From the NCBI GenBank assembly GCA_964574355.1, contig CAZNMD010000003.1, positions 5,316 through 69,315 of the forward strand: DNA of 64,000 bases. The letters run 5' to 3'. The translations under genes and the position numbers were made by a program. The notes under the pieces were generated by a model. That model ran no database searches. It was not told the origin of the DNA and worked only from the letters and a program-made list of their open reading frames with translations. Of this stretch, positions 37,289-47,625 are shown one piece after another. The first letter of the stretch is position 1. Every line of letters begins with the position of its first letter. Source of the DNA: an uncultured Candidatus Saccharibacteria bacterium (lineage in GTDB: Bacteria > Patescibacteriota > Minisyncoccia > Phycocordibacterales > DSPV01).

Positions 37289-38458
37289 ATGTTTATAAAA
37301 CTTATCAAATCGACATTTCATAACGAGAAAGAAACAAAGCGCCGATTAGTTAAGTTTATTGAAGGTGCACGATCTCTTTCTATGGGTGAACAGTGCCGGA
37401 ATTTTGAGGAACAGTTTGCCAAAAAACAGGGAAGAAAATATGCAGTTTTTGTAAACAGTGGTTCCTCTGCAAATCTTGTTTTGATCCAAGCTCTTTTGAA
37501 TCTTGGGCGCTTGAAGCAGGGTGATAGGGTTGGTGTATCGGCGATTACCTGGGCAACAAACGTTATGCCAATTCTTCAAATGGGTTTACAACCTGTCGCT
37601 ATTGATTGCGAGCTTTCAACTCTTAATATTTCTTCAAAAACTCTCGCTCCACATCTTAAGGGTTTGAAGGCTTTATTTTTAACCAATGTTCTTGGATTTT
37701 CATCCGATATTAGCGCAATCAAAAACGCCTGTGCTAAGGCTAAAGTAATGCTTCTGGAAGATAATTGTGAATCTTTAGGTTCAAAGGTTGATGGTAAACT
37801 ACTTGGCAATTTTGGTCTCGCAGCCACATTTTCTTTTTTTGTTGGACACCATCTTTCAACAATTGAAGGTGGGATGGTTGTGACCGATGACGAAAAATTG
37901 CACGATATGTTGGTGATGGTTCGCGCTCATGGGTGGGATCGGCACTTACCTTTACATAAACAGAAAAAACTAAGGACACGTCACGAGATTGATGAACACT
38001 ATGGTAAGTATACATTTTATGAGCTCGCATATAATGTTCGGCCAACTGAAATTCAAGGATTTTTAGGACTTGAATCTTTGCGTTACTGGGATGAAATTGT
38101 CGGTGCTCGTGAGCAAAATTTTCATAAAATTTTTTCAGCAGTTCTTGATCATAAAGATTTTCATAATCTTGATGTTTCCCATATGGATATTGTTTCCAAT
38201 TTTGCCTTTCCTGTTATTGCCAAAAGTGAACGTCTTGCAAAAGAGTATCGAAAGCGTTTTGAAAATGCTGGTGTTGAAGTTCGGCCGATTATTTCTGGCG
38301 ATATTACTCTCCATCCATTTTGGAAAAAGTATGTGGGCACAGCCCCTATCTTAAAAAATAGTCGTACGGTTCACTATCAAGGTTTCTATTTTGGCAATAA
38401 TCCCGATCTCACGAAAAAAGAAATTGATTTTTTATGCTCACTATTTTCCGTTAAATAA
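37289..38458 (+). CDS. DegT/DnrJ/EryC1/StrS-family PLP-dependent sugar aminotransferase/dehydratase (perosamine-synthase-like).
   Basis: …FEEQFAKKQGRKYAVFVNSGSSANLVLIQAL…. Confidence 0.75.
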   Translation: MFIKLIKSTFHNEKETKRRLVKFIEGARSLSMGEQCRNFEEQFAKKQGRKYAVFVNSGSSANLVLIQALLNLGRLKQGDRVGVSAITWATNVMPILQMGLQPVAIDCELSTLNISSKTLAPHLKGLKALFLTNVLGFSSDISAIKNACAKAKVMLLEDNCESLGSKVDGKLLGNFGLAATFSFFVGHHLSTIEGGMVVTDDEKLHDMLVMVRAHGWDRHLPLHKQKKLRTRHEIDEHYGKYTFYELAYNVRPTEIQGFLGLESLRYWDEIVGAREQNFHKIFSAVLDHKDFHNLDVSHMDIVSNFAFPVIAKSERLAKEYRKRFENAGVEVRPIISGDITLHPFWKKYVGTAPILKNSRTVHYQGFYFGNNPDLTKKEIDFLCSLFSVK

Positions 38459-38462
38459 AAAA

Positions 38463-38487
38463 CTACCCTAGTTTGTGGCTAGGGTAG
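38463..38487 (-). terminator. Terminator of the minus-strand gene 38504..39244.
   Basis: CTACCCTAG-tttgtgg-CTAGGGTAG 9-bp perfect stem. The T-run is on the minus strand. Confidence 0.65.
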
Positions 38488-38503
38488 AGTAGAGTTGGTG
38501 TGA

Positions 38504-39244
38504 CTATTGTGCCCACACCAGGCTCGGTTTCAGACCAGTAAAATCAGCTTCAGTTTGCATTGCGCGAATGAGATCAATACGTTGCTTGTCTCGTTTTGCC
38601 CGCATTGTCTCGTCGTCTTCAACCATTTGTTCAATCGGGTGAATGTAATCAACGGTAACAGAACCGATCGTCCAGCCCCTTTGAATCATATCGATCATCG
38701 GCACAAAAAGAATCTCCCAATTATCGCCGTGGCGACCGTTGTATCCTGCCATCAATTCCGCTGCTTTGCGGGTCATGATGCGAGGTCCCACCCACAGATC
38801 TAGGTCAGGTCGACCGGTAATGTTGGCTGCTTCCCAGTTTGCCCACACTTCACAGTAGTGCTGATATTGGGGGTAGTTCGTGAAGGTTTTTCGTCGTGGA
38901 ATAACGATCTCACACCCTTGGTTTACGAGGTGATTGATACAGGGTTGAAAGAGTGGCACCATCGGATGTTTTTCCGGTTCAAGCCAAATGATAGTGTCAG
39001 CTTCAGTTGAGAGGCCAAGATTTAGGCACTGGCGCCGCGAGTTTCCCATTCCTGGCTCTTTTTGACGATGAACAGTTGCGCCTCGAGCTGAAAGTTCATT
39101 CTCGATTTTCGGATCGGGTGATCCGTCTACCACAATGAGTGGATAGTTGGCTTTTCTCGCCTCTTCTGCGGTTTTGAGTGCCAATGTGGCACGCATGTCG
39201 TCGACGTTTGGTGAGAAAGTTGTTGTAACAAGGCAGACGCTCAC
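38504..39244 (-). CDS. GT-A-fold glycosyltransferase-like protein. It is the G+C-rich 'island E' and is the only minus-strand gene in this part of the cluster.
   Basis: …YPLIVVDGSPDP… (GT2-like DxD region). GTG start 6 nt after AAGGA. GC-rich codons. Confidence 0.4.
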   Translation of the reverse strand: MSVCLVTTTFSPNVDDMRATLALKTAEEARKANYPLIVVDGSPDPKIENELSARGATVHRQKEPGMGNSRRQCLNLGLSTEADTIIWLEPEKHPMVPLFQPCINHLVNQGCEIVIPRRKTFTNYPQYQHYCEVWANWEAANITGRPDLDLWVGPRIMTRKAAELMAGYNGRHGDNWEILFVPMIDMIQRGWTIGSVTVDYIHPIEQMVEDDETMRAKRDKQRIDLIRAMQTEADFTGLKPSLVWAQ

Positions 39245-39356
39245 GCGTGTTCCTTTTTGTTGAGGTTTTGGTTCTCCGAATCCAGAAGCAAGCTAACACA
39301 AAAATTAATATTAGGCAAGAGAGCTTAAAATCTTTCTAAAATGTTACAATGCCGCT

Positions 39357-40295
39357 ATGGATAAGAGTAAAAAGCTTTATTTGGCCGGCCATCGTGGGCT
39401 TGTGGGATCCGCAATTCATCGTCGGCTTCAAAAAAGTGGTCATGATAGTCTTTTGACACGAACACATAAAGAACTTGATCTTTTAGATCAAAAGAAGGTT
39501 CGCAGTTTTTTTGAAAAAGAAAAGCCGGCCTATGTTATTTTGGCTGCTGCGAAAGTTGGTGGTATTAAAGCTAATATGGGTGCACCGGCAGATTTTTTGT
39601 ATCAAAATCTTCAAATTCAAAATAATGTTATTTGGGCAGCACATGAATGTGGTGTTGAAAAATTACTTTTTCTGGGTTCAAGTTGTGTCTATCCACGCGA
39701 ATCACCACAACCAATGAAAGAAGAATACTTATTAGAGGGTAGACCTGAGCCAACCAACGAAGGCTATGCGCTTGCCAAGATTGCTGGGCTTAAGTTGTGC
39801 GAAACGATATATACCCAATATGGAAAGAAATTTATTTCTTGTATGCCGCCGAATATCTATGGGGAAGGGGATCATTTTGATCTTGAGTCATCACACGTTA
39901 TTTCAGCTTTGATTCGTCGTATGCACGAAGCAAAAGAGATAAAAGCTCCAGACGTTTCAATTTGGGGCGATGGTACTGCGCGTCGCGAATTTTTATATGT
40001 CGAAGATTTAGCAGATGCTGCACTTTTTCTTATGGAAAATTACGATAAAAAAGAATTTATCAATGTGGGTGTTGGTGTTGATGTTTCTATTAAAGAGCTT
40101 GCGGAAATGATTAAAAAAGTTGTTGGCTACGAAGGCACGCTTTCCTTTGACTCATCAAAACCAAATGGTATGCCACAAAAATTGTTGGATGTTTCAAGGG
40201 TTACTAGTTTGGGGTGGAAATATTCAACATCACTTTCCGAGGGACTGCGAAGAACGTACGAATATTACAAGCATCACGTTTTGAAAACGTTATAA
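39357..40295 (+). CDS. fcl: GDP-L-fucose synthase (GDP-4-keto-6-deoxy-D-mannose 3,5-epimerase/4-reductase).
   Basis: KLYLAGHRGLVGSAIHRRL…. Confidence 0.85.
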   Translation: MDKSKKLYLAGHRGLVGSAIHRRLQKSGHDSLLTRTHKELDLLDQKKVRSFFEKEKPAYVILAAAKVGGIKANMGAPADFLYQNLQIQNNVIWAAHECGVEKLLFLGSSCVYPRESPQPMKEEYLLEGRPEPTNEGYALAKIAGLKLCETIYTQYGKKFISCMPPNIYGEGDHFDLESSHVISALIRRMHEAKEIKAPDVSIWGDGTARREFLYVEDLADAALFLMENYDKKEFINVGVGVDVSIKELAEMIKKVVGYEGTLSFDSSKPNGMPQKLLDVSRVTSLGWKYSTSLSEGLRRTYEYYKHHVLKTL

Positions 40296-40305
40296 TTTTT
40301 TATCC

Positions 40306-41352
40306 ATGCTTTCAGTGTATGTTGGTAAATTATTACCCCCACGATTTCACCATCTAGAGTTTTTGTATCCAAATCTTGGTTTTTCAGCCGAAACAAATGA
40401 TTTTGGAGAACCGAATCCCTTTTTGCACACAAATTCTATTGTTAAAACGGTTAGTTCGCCCTATGAGGCTGATGCGTATCTTTTACCGTATGGGGTTCGG
40501 TTGGCAGAAAAGGAGGGCTCATATTTGTCTGAGTTTTTAAGAATGATAGAAGAGGTTCCAAAACCGCTTATTGTGTGTGCCTATGGTGATTCTCCGGAAC
40601 CATCGCCTGTACCCGCGGCTATTGTTCTTCGAACCTCAGCCTATCGTTCTACCCTTCAAAAAAATGAGCTTCTTGTTCCTCCGCATATTCCTGATGTGGG
40701 AAAGCTGTATGGGGTATTACCAAAACAAAAAGAAGACGCTCCAACGGTAGCGTTTTGTGGATATGCGGCGTTTCCTTCAATGAAAGCGCGTCTTACATTT
40801 TTCTATAAAAATACTTTAGCTGGCATAGGTGCTGTTTTTTCTGATTCGATCGCGGTTCGCCGTCAGGGTATATATTTTCGAAAAAAAGCAATGCGAGCTC
40901 TTTCGGGGACTTCTCGGATACAGACAAAATTTATTACCCGTTCATTTTATTCCGGCAGTCGTAAGACGATTGGTATGGATGCTAAAGTTGCACGTAGAGA
41001 ATACGTTGAAAATATGCAAAGTGCTGATTTAGCTCTTGCACCAAAAGGTGATGGAAATTATTCATTGCGTTTTTATGAAGCGCTTTCTCTTGGGCGAATT
41101 CCTATTCTTATTGATACGGATACACCACTTCCTGGTAATGAGGAATGGTATAAAGATGCGGTTGTTCGCGTGTCTTGGAAAGATATTGAAACGTTGCCAG
41201 AAATTGTTACAGAATGGTTTGCCTCGATTTCGAACGATGAATTTATCCTCATGCAGGAACGAGCTCGTACTCTTTTTACTGATCATTTGTTTGCACCACA
41301 ATTTTATACTGAGCTTTTTATTGATATTGAAAAAAGAATTAAGACAATGTAA
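40306..41352 (+). CDS. Exostosin (GT47)-like glycosyltransferase.
   Basis: …LALAPKGDGNYSLRFYEALSLGRIPILID…. Confidence 0.45.
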   Translation: MLSVYVGKLLPPRFHHLEFLYPNLGFSAETNDFGEPNPFLHTNSIVKTVSSPYEADAYLLPYGVRLAEKEGSYLSEFLRMIEEVPKPLIVCAYGDSPEPSPVPAAIVLRTSAYRSTLQKNELLVPPHIPDVGKLYGVLPKQKEDAPTVAFCGYAAFPSMKARLTFFYKNTLAGIGAVFSDSIAVRRQGIYFRKKAMRALSGTSRIQTKFITRSFYSGSRKTIGMDAKVARREYVENMQSADLALAPKGDGNYSLRFYEALSLGRIPILIDTDTPLPGNEEWYKDAVVRVSWKDIETLPEIVTEWFASISNDEFILMQERARTLFTDHLFAPQFYTELFIDIEKRIKTM

Positions 41353-41409
41353 AAATAACTTTGTGGGTATAGCATGTTGCTAGTAGAGAATTAATCTCGG
41401 ATATATTTT

Positions 41410-42060
41410 TTATGAAGTGTAGTTGGTTGTTTCGGGTATTGATTTTACAAGTTGTTGTTTAAATACAAAAAACCGAAAGGCTATAAAGTTCCACGTCATG
41501 GATATGACAGCGGTCAGTAGTTTTACGATGTTAATCCAGAGGGCTTCAGCCGTGCCATTTGGTGCGCCGGTTATTGTGGTGAGAATGTAAAGAATAATGA
41601 TATTAATGAGGAAGCTACCGAGTGATACAAGGGTGAAATTACTGAATTCTTTTAAACTTGCTACCTCTTTGGTTCCAAATGACCACGAGCGATTAATAAA
41701 ATATGAAAAGACAAGAATTATGAAAAAAGAAAGTGTGGAAATTGCAATGAGTGGCCAACCTGCATAGGCAAAAAACAAGAAAGAGAGTAGGTTAACGATG
41801 CTGATGTCGAATGTAGTATTAAAGACACCAGTAATGAAAAATTTGGTGAAAGTAAAAAGAATTGGCCAACGCGCATCGAGTGCGCGGGTTATTAAAATAA
41901 CTACATTGCAAAGAATGATCGCTCCGATAACAACAAGGGCTCCTAATGTTACACCAATGTGAAGAGCTCGTTCGTGCAGGTGCACCAAAGGTGGTATTAA
42001 AAAGATACCAATAGCAAAAGCGAGTAGTGTGGCAAGTCTAAAATCTTGATTAGTTAACAT
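41410..42060 (-). CDS. Polytopic membrane protein with about 6 TM helices.
   Basis: Hydrophobicity pattern only. Confidence 0.45.
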   Translation of the reverse strand: MLTNQDFRLATLLAFAIGIFLIPPLVHLHERALHIGVTLGALVVIGAIILCNVVILITRALDARWPILFTFTKFFITGVFNTTFDISIVNLLSFLFFAYAGWPLIAISTLSFFIILVFSYFINRSWSFGTKEVASLKEFSNFTLVSLGSFLINIIILYILTTITGAPNGTAEALWINIVKLLTAVISMTWNFIAFRFFVFKQQLVKSIPETTNYTS

Positions 42061-42065
42061 GCTTT

Positions 42066-43160
42066 TTATGTCGTCGTGTGTTTTGGTTCTTTAACATGTT
42101 GTTTCCCAGCTTTTACGGTCATGAAAAGGAAGGGAGAAATCCATTTTCGAACAAAAGGGTAATTGGTGGCATTGTGATCGTGGTGAAGATGCAACTGTGT
42201 TTCTTTGAGCCATTCGTATACTTCATCATATGTATGGTGGGTCGCTATAGGTGCAGTGTACCAGTCAAAAATATAGTGAGGGTGTGCTTCCCATCGAACA
42301 AATGCATTGATTATTTTATGGAGGAAGGTGTGAGGAATGAGAGATGCAATAAATGCTCCTATTTTTGAAAGTTGGTACATTAAAGAAAGGGGAAGGTGGG
42401 TTGTGATTGCTCGCGTTGTTGCATCCACGATTTCGTATATAAAATTTCCCTTATGATACAGGTGGATAGTGATTTTTCCTTGTTCTGTAAGTAAAGGAAC
42501 AAGCGAGAGAAAAGCTCCTTTTGCGTTTCCGGTGTGCATAAGGACACCGTTTGAGAAAATAAAGTCGAAAGAGCTGTTTTTAAAGGGAAGTTTAAAAAGG
42601 TCCGCCTGAACAATATGAGCTTTTGGATTTTCGTGAAGATTATTTTCGGCAGCATCCACTGCGTGTGAAAGGTCGACGCTCACAACTTCCGCGCCATAGT
42701 CGAGTGCGATTTTTGAATAGCGGCCATTACCACAGCCGGCATCAAGGACCAGCTTGCCTTTAATTTCTTCAGGTGTAAAAAGCACTTTGTAATCAAAGTG
42801 ACGCTTCGCCCCTTCTGGGGTTTGTCCTTCTCCCCAACCAAATTTGTTCCATGTTTCCCATTCGCTCCCGAAGTTTTTTATGGTTTCTTTTTTTAGTTTG
42901 GAAATATGTTGAGCATTTATTGTTGCTCCGCTTTTTCTAATTTCGTTTTCATATTGTTCAGTAAATTTTTCGTGTCGAGAAAAAGCGTCAGGTAAAAAAC
43001 GTGGAACGTATGAGACGAGCGGATATGTTGTTTGGCAATGTGTGCATATAAAAATTCCATCAGCAATATTTCCAGAAGTATCTGGTTTTGAAAAAGAGGT
43101 AAAAGAGATTTCTCCCTTACATGAGGGACAACAGAGAAGAGGAAGAAGGGTGGTGCGCAT
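42066..43160 (-). CDS. Class I SAM-dependent methyltransferase with an N-terminal Trm112-like zinc ribbon.
   Basis: CCPSCKG…CTHCQTTYPLVSYVPRFL; …VLDAGCGNGRYS…. The ORF extends to 43247, but the ATG at 43160 is preferred because it avoids overlap with the downstream GT and has an AGGA RBS. Confidence 0.65.
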   Translation of the reverse strand: MRTTLLPLLCCPSCKGEISFTSFSKPDTSGNIADGIFICTHCQTTYPLVSYVPRFLPDAFSRHEKFTEQYENEIRKSGATINAQHISKLKKETIKNFGSEWETWNKFGWGEGQTPEGAKRHFDYKVLFTPEEIKGKLVLDAGCGNGRYSKIALDYGAEVVSVDLSHAVDAAENNLHENPKAHIVQADLFKLPFKNSSFDFIFSNGVLMHTGNAKGAFLSLVPLLTEQGKITIHLYHKGNFIYEIVDATTRAITTHLPLSLMYQLSKIGAFIASLIPHTFLHKIINAFVRWEAHPHYIFDWYTAPIATHHTYDEVYEWLKETQLHLHHDHNATNYPFVRKWISPFLFMTVKAGKQHVKEPKHTTT

Positions 43161-43203
43161 GGAGACAATCCTAACAGTTTTTTTGAACTTGGTCAGGTGG
43201 GAT

Positions 43204-44355
43204 TTAGAGTGTTCTATCAAGGCGACGAATAAAAGCGAGAATGTCATTGGCCCGTTTCTCCCAAGTGTAGTTTTGAGCTCGGTCGTGAGCTGTTGCGCCT
43301 AATTTTGCCGCTCGTTGTTTATCATGAAGTGCTGATGAGAATACTTGCGCAAGTGATTCAGGGTTATCTGCGGTGAAAAAGAGTGCGCAGGTTTCATCGA
43401 GAATTTCTCGTAATGAGGGCAGATTTGAAGCGATAATTGCTTTTCCCATAGCCATTGCTTCAAATAATTTGAGGGGTGAAGTGTGATGACTTCCTAAGCG
43501 TTCCTTGCCCGATGTGGGGATAATGACGTAGTCCGCTGCCTGAAGGTAGTCCGGAATTTTTGTGTGTGGCTGTTGACCTTCAAAACGGACCCGAGCTTTA
43601 ATTTTTCTTGCTTTTTCCTTTAACTCAGTTTCATATCCCGCACCTCCTCCCACGATGATAACTTCCTGATTTTCTTTGAGGTGTACTGAAGCTTCAACAA
43701 GCGTATCGACACCCTTCCATTTAAAAAGTTGTCCGGTATAGACCACAATTTGTTTTTTTTGGTCAATGCCGAGTATTTTTCGGGCGTCTTCTTTGGTTTT
43801 GTTTGAAGAAAAACGAGTAAGATCAACGGCGTCGGGGGCAACAAACAGTTTGTGGGCAGGTGCTCCGACGGCGATTAATTCGTTGCGTAAGTTTTGAGTA
43901 ATACAAATAATGGCGATACAACGTTCAAAAGCTTCTTTGAATCTTTCTGGGCGATTTGGGACCGTGTGTGTTTCGTATACGGTCGGTAAACCGCTTTCTG
44001 CGAGACGAATGAAGGTTTGATCATCGCGTATGTAGTAAATGTCAGCGGTATTTTTTTGAGCATCTTTGTGTGCATTTTTTGCAAAAGAACGATACAGCAA
44101 GGCATATGGTATTTTTCCCAAAAGAGGCGCTAAAGGGGTCAGGTTTAGAATCGGTAGTGTTCGTAAAGAAAAAGTAGGAGGAATAGTATAGTAGGCAAAG
44201 AGTTCAGTTTCTGATTTTTTTTGGGTATATCTTCTGGGGATGACAAGTTCTACCTCTGCACCTGCCGCCGCAAAGGCCTGACACATGGAGACGATTTGAA
44301 TGCCGTGAGCTTTTTCTGTTGGTAGCCGGGCACTAGTAAGGTAGCGTAGTTTCAT
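43204..44355 (-). CDS. Glycosyltransferase family 4.
   Basis: …GKERLGSHHTSPLKLFEAMAMGKAIIASNLPSLREIL…. Confidence 0.75.
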   Translation of the reverse strand: MKLRYLTSARLPTEKAHGIQIVSMCQAFAAAGAEVELVIPRRYTQKKSETELFAYYTIPPTFSLRTLPILNLTPLAPLLGKIPYALLYRSFAKNAHKDAQKNTADIYYIRDDQTFIRLAESGLPTVYETHTVPNRPERFKEAFERCIAIICITQNLRNELIAVGAPAHKLFVAPDAVDLTRFSSNKTKEDARKILGIDQKKQIVVYTGQLFKWKGVDTLVEASVHLKENQEVIIVGGGAGYETELKEKARKIKARVRFEGQQPHTKIPDYLQAADYVIIPTSGKERLGSHHTSPLKLFEAMAMGKAIIASNLPSLREILDETCALFFTADNPESLAQVFSSALHDKQRAAKLGATAHDRAQNYTWEKRANDILAFIRRLDRTL

Positions 44356-44363
44356 TGATGATA

Positions 44364-46190
44364 TTAGACAGTGAGTTTATAGCGTTCAAAAAAATCTGCA
44401 AGAACAAAGATTGCATAATAACTATGCCCTAGAATAGGGAGCATTTCTTTCAGCCCGTTTCTGGTTTGCGTTTTATGTATACCAATATCAATCGTTGGTA
44501 TAAGGCCAGGGAAGGTTTTTTTGTACCATTCGAGGGCAGACAGGAGTTTTTCTGTCTGATGTTCGGCTAGTAGTTGCGAAATGGGAACACTGAAACCCTC
44601 TTTTTTTCGTTCAATAAGATTTTCTTTCAGTGTTGTTTTTAAGAATCGGCGAAGGGGTATTTTTCCGGTCTTACCTTCTCGTTTCCAGGTTGCTGGAGCG
44701 CCACCAACCAGGCGGAATAATTTTCGGTCAAGTAACGGGACTCGTCCCTCGATTCCATGGGCCATAGTTGTGGTATCGATTTTTAACAAGAGCTTATCAG
44801 GGAGAGCAATAAGTCGGTCAAATGCTAAACCTCGATCGGGGGTTTCTCGTTCTTTAATTCGTCCGCGAATACGTTCTTTAATTGAAGCATCTTGAACTAA
44901 ACCGGCGGAGGTGGCTGTTTCGGTTAAAAACAAACCAAGCGCGTCGCCGCGAATTGTTTTTATTCGACGAGTAATACCCCGGGCTATACGTAGGGGAAAA
45001 TGGGCAGGAGATAGAGGGAAGCCGAGACGTATGAGCGCATCAAGGGTTTTTCCTGTTCGTCCTGATTGAATGTCTGCAGAAAGGCCGGCAAGACGTTTTG
45101 CTCGTGGGTATCCGCCAAAAAGTTCGTCTCCCCCCTCTCCGGAGAGAACAACTTTTACTTCTTCTTTGGCTAATTTTGAAACGGTGTAGGTTGGCATTAG
45201 TGATGAGTCTCCAAGGGGTTCGTCCATGTGTGCGAGAGCTTCTTCGAGGAGTGTATTTGCGTGTGTTTCTGAAAGAGTGAATGTGTTTAATTTTATACCG
45301 CAATGCTCAGTAATCTTTCTTGCAAATTCAATATCCTTTTTCCCAGGAACTTCTACATGAAAGGCGGTTAGATGAACCCCTAGTTCTTTTAATGTGAGAG
45401 CAAGAACAGAAGAATCGATTCCACCTGAAAAGAAGAGACCTACAGGCACATCGGCAATGAGATGATGTTTTACAGAGTCAAAGAGGGTGGTTTTGAGCTC
45501 GTCGTCAGTTGGGGGTTCTTTGGTGGGTGCTTCAAGGCGAGATATATAAGATTTTTCTGTTGTATCAATAACATTAATGAGGATACTTTCTCCAGGGAGA
45601 AGGGAACGAGCATTTTTTAGTATTGTTTTTGGGGCAACGATGTAGCCCAAGAAAACAAGATCGCGCACGGCCTCGTGATCAATAGTCTTATTAATTTCTG
45701 GTAGAGCGAGTAATCCTCGAATTTCTGAGGATAATGCTATTGTTTTTTCATCTCGGTATAGGTATAAGGGTTTAATTCCAAAATGATCTCGTGAAAGAAA
45801 GAGTGTTTTGTTGTCACGATCATAAATTGCAAAAGCCCACATACCACGAAAGAGATCGACGCATGAAGGACCCCATTTTTCGTAGGCATATAAAATTACT
45901 TCAGTATCTGATCCTCCGCGGAAAGTTACACCAAGATGTTCAAGTTCATTTCTAAGGGTTGCGGCGTTATATACTTCACCATTGTAGACAATTGTGTAGC
46001 GACCATTTTGTGTGGTCATTGGTTGCGCCCCTGTTTCAGTAAGATCAACTATGGAAAGTCGATTATGACCAAGTGTGCATTGTGGAAACAGGGCGATGTT
46101 TGTCTGGTCTGGCCCACGATGAGCCGTGGCTTGATTCATGGCTTTAATCGCCTTTTCGTTGTTACCAAGGATACCATTGATGCCACACAT
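44364..46190 (-). CDS. asnB: Asparagine synthetase (glutamine-hydrolysing).
   Basis: MCGINGILG… N-terminal nucleophile. …LSGGIDSS… PP-loop. Confidence 0.85.
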   Translation of the reverse strand: MCGINGILGNNEKAIKAMNQATAHRGPDQTNIALFPQCTLGHNRLSIVDLTETGAQPMTTQNGRYTIVYNGEVYNAATLRNELEHLGVTFRGGSDTEVILYAYEKWGPSCVDLFRGMWAFAIYDRDNKTLFLSRDHFGIKPLYLYRDEKTIALSSEIRGLLALPEINKTIDHEAVRDLVFLGYIVAPKTILKNARSLLPGESILINVIDTTEKSYISRLEAPTKEPPTDDELKTTLFDSVKHHLIADVPVGLFFSGGIDSSVLALTLKELGVHLTAFHVEVPGKKDIEFARKITEHCGIKLNTFTLSETHANTLLEEALAHMDEPLGDSSLMPTYTVSKLAKEEVKVVLSGEGGDELFGGYPRAKRLAGLSADIQSGRTGKTLDALIRLGFPLSPAHFPLRIARGITRRIKTIRGDALGLFLTETATSAGLVQDASIKERIRGRIKERETPDRGLAFDRLIALPDKLLLKIDTTTMAHGIEGRVPLLDRKLFRLVGGAPATWKREGKTGKIPLRRFLKTTLKENLIERKKEGFSVPISQLLAEHQTEKLLSALEWYKKTFPGLIPTIDIGIHKTQTRNGLKEMLPILGHSYYAIFVLADFFERYKLTV

Positions 46191-46256
46191 ACCCTCTAGT
46201 ATAGCCGAATTTTTGGTTTAGAGAGATCGTTATAAATAATCTCTTTGTGTTAAAGT

Positions 46257-47615
46257 ATGTTGGTGCAAAAGACACTTACACGAACTATTGGAGAGGGGAC
46301 GGCATGGACCACGGCAAGTACGCTGATTGTAAAGGTTGTTAGTTTAGCAACAATTTTTATTACATTGCGTACTCTTTCTGTATACGAATATGGTGTTGCT
46401 GAGCTTGCAATTGCTGCAGTTGGATTTTTTAGTATTTTTCAACTGCCCGGTCTGACCTCCGTTGTTGTTGCCGATATGGGGGTTTTGAAGGGTAAAGGAA
46501 GTATAGCTGAAGCAAAAGGGATTTATTGGAGTTTCCTTAAGCTTTCAGGGGGGATGGCTTTACTTGCTACGATCGTTCTTTTTTTTGGAGCTGAAGTTAT
46601 TGGGTCTTTTTATCCTGAACATATTGCCAGTTATTTTCGTATTTTAGCTTTTACGTTTCCTCTTTCGGTTATAGGGACGGCATATGGTGCACTTTTTTCT
46701 GTCACGTTTCGTTATTTTGAACAGTCAGTTTCCTCTTTTCTCCAAGAGTTTTTTAAACTTGTTATTCTTGCTGTGTGTGTTTTTGTTTTTGGTCTTAAGG
46801 TTGAGGCAATTCTCTTCGGTATGATTGGCGGTCAGGCGTTTACATTCATTGTTCAGTTTCCTGCGGCCTTGCGCGCATATCGATCTCTCGGAAATGTCAG
46901 ACCAGCTTCTTTTTCAATGTGGAGAACAATATACGAACACGGTAAGTGGAGTGTTTTTTCTACGTACTTAGGTTCATTTGGAAATAATATTCGTACATAT
47001 ATCGTTAAGTTATTTTTAGGAACGGAAGCGGTAGCCCTTTTTGCCGTTGCGGTAGGTGTGATTGGTCATACTTCAGCACTTGTGCCTATTGGTAGCGTTG
47101 TGACACCTATTATTCCTCAATATCTTTCTGACAAGGAGCGGTTTCTTCGAATTATTGGTAAAGCAATTAAATATCAAGTTGTTGGCTATCTTTTAGTTGG
47201 TGTCGTTGCGGCCATTATTTTTCCTCCTATCATTGTTTTTCTGTTTCCAAAGTATGAGGCAGCGATGTCTCTATACAGGATAATGTTACCAGCCTTGATT
47301 CCTCTTGGAATTATGTCCGTTTTTACGACAATATTTTTTGCTTACAAAGCTCAAAAGAACCTCTTTTTTGCTGTTATGGTAAAGACGGTATATTTTACTT
47401 TTTTCACCGCTTTATTTGCTTGGCTATTTGGCATTGTTGGTGTCGCGTGCGCATACGTAGTCACTGTCTTTTTATATACATTAGAAAGATACAGACAGGT
47501 TCGAAAATTAGTACCCAATTACAAGTTTCGCTTTAGTGAGATGTTTTCATTTGATGAACTTGATCGTGTTATTTTAGAAAAATTTCGTGGCGCCCTAAGA
47601 AGGGTGTTTATATAA
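46257..47615 (+). CDS. Polysaccharide-unit flippase (Wzx-like, MOP superfamily).
   Basis: 452 aa with about 12 TM segments. Confidence 0.6.
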   Translation: MLVQKTLTRTIGEGTAWTTASTLIVKVVSLATIFITLRTLSVYEYGVAELAIAAVGFFSIFQLPGLTSVVVADMGVLKGKGSIAEAKGIYWSFLKLSGGMALLATIVLFFGAEVIGSFYPEHIASYFRILAFTFPLSVIGTAYGALFSVTFRYFEQSVSSFLQEFFKLVILAVCVFVFGLKVEAILFGMIGGQAFTFIVQFPAALRAYRSLGNVRPASFSMWRTIYEHGKWSVFSTYLGSFGNNIRTYIVKLFLGTEAVALFAVAVGVIGHTSALVPIGSVVTPIIPQYLSDKERFLRIIGKAIKYQVVGYLLVGVVAAIIFPPIIVFLFPKYEAAMSLYRIMLPALIPLGIMSVFTTIFFAYKAQKNLFFAVMVKTVYFTFFTALFAWLFGIVGVACAYVVTVFLYTLERYRQVRKLVPNYKFRFSEMFSFDELDRVILEKFRGALRRVFI

Positions 47616-47625
47616 TTTTTTTTCA

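Noticed and set aside
39245-39356. Possible strong promoter for fcl or for the reverse-strand GT-A gene in the 112-bp spacer.
   Set aside because: Only weak hexamer matches were found (e.g. TTAGGC…TAAAAT, TACAAT abutting the ATG). They are not convincing enough to annotate.
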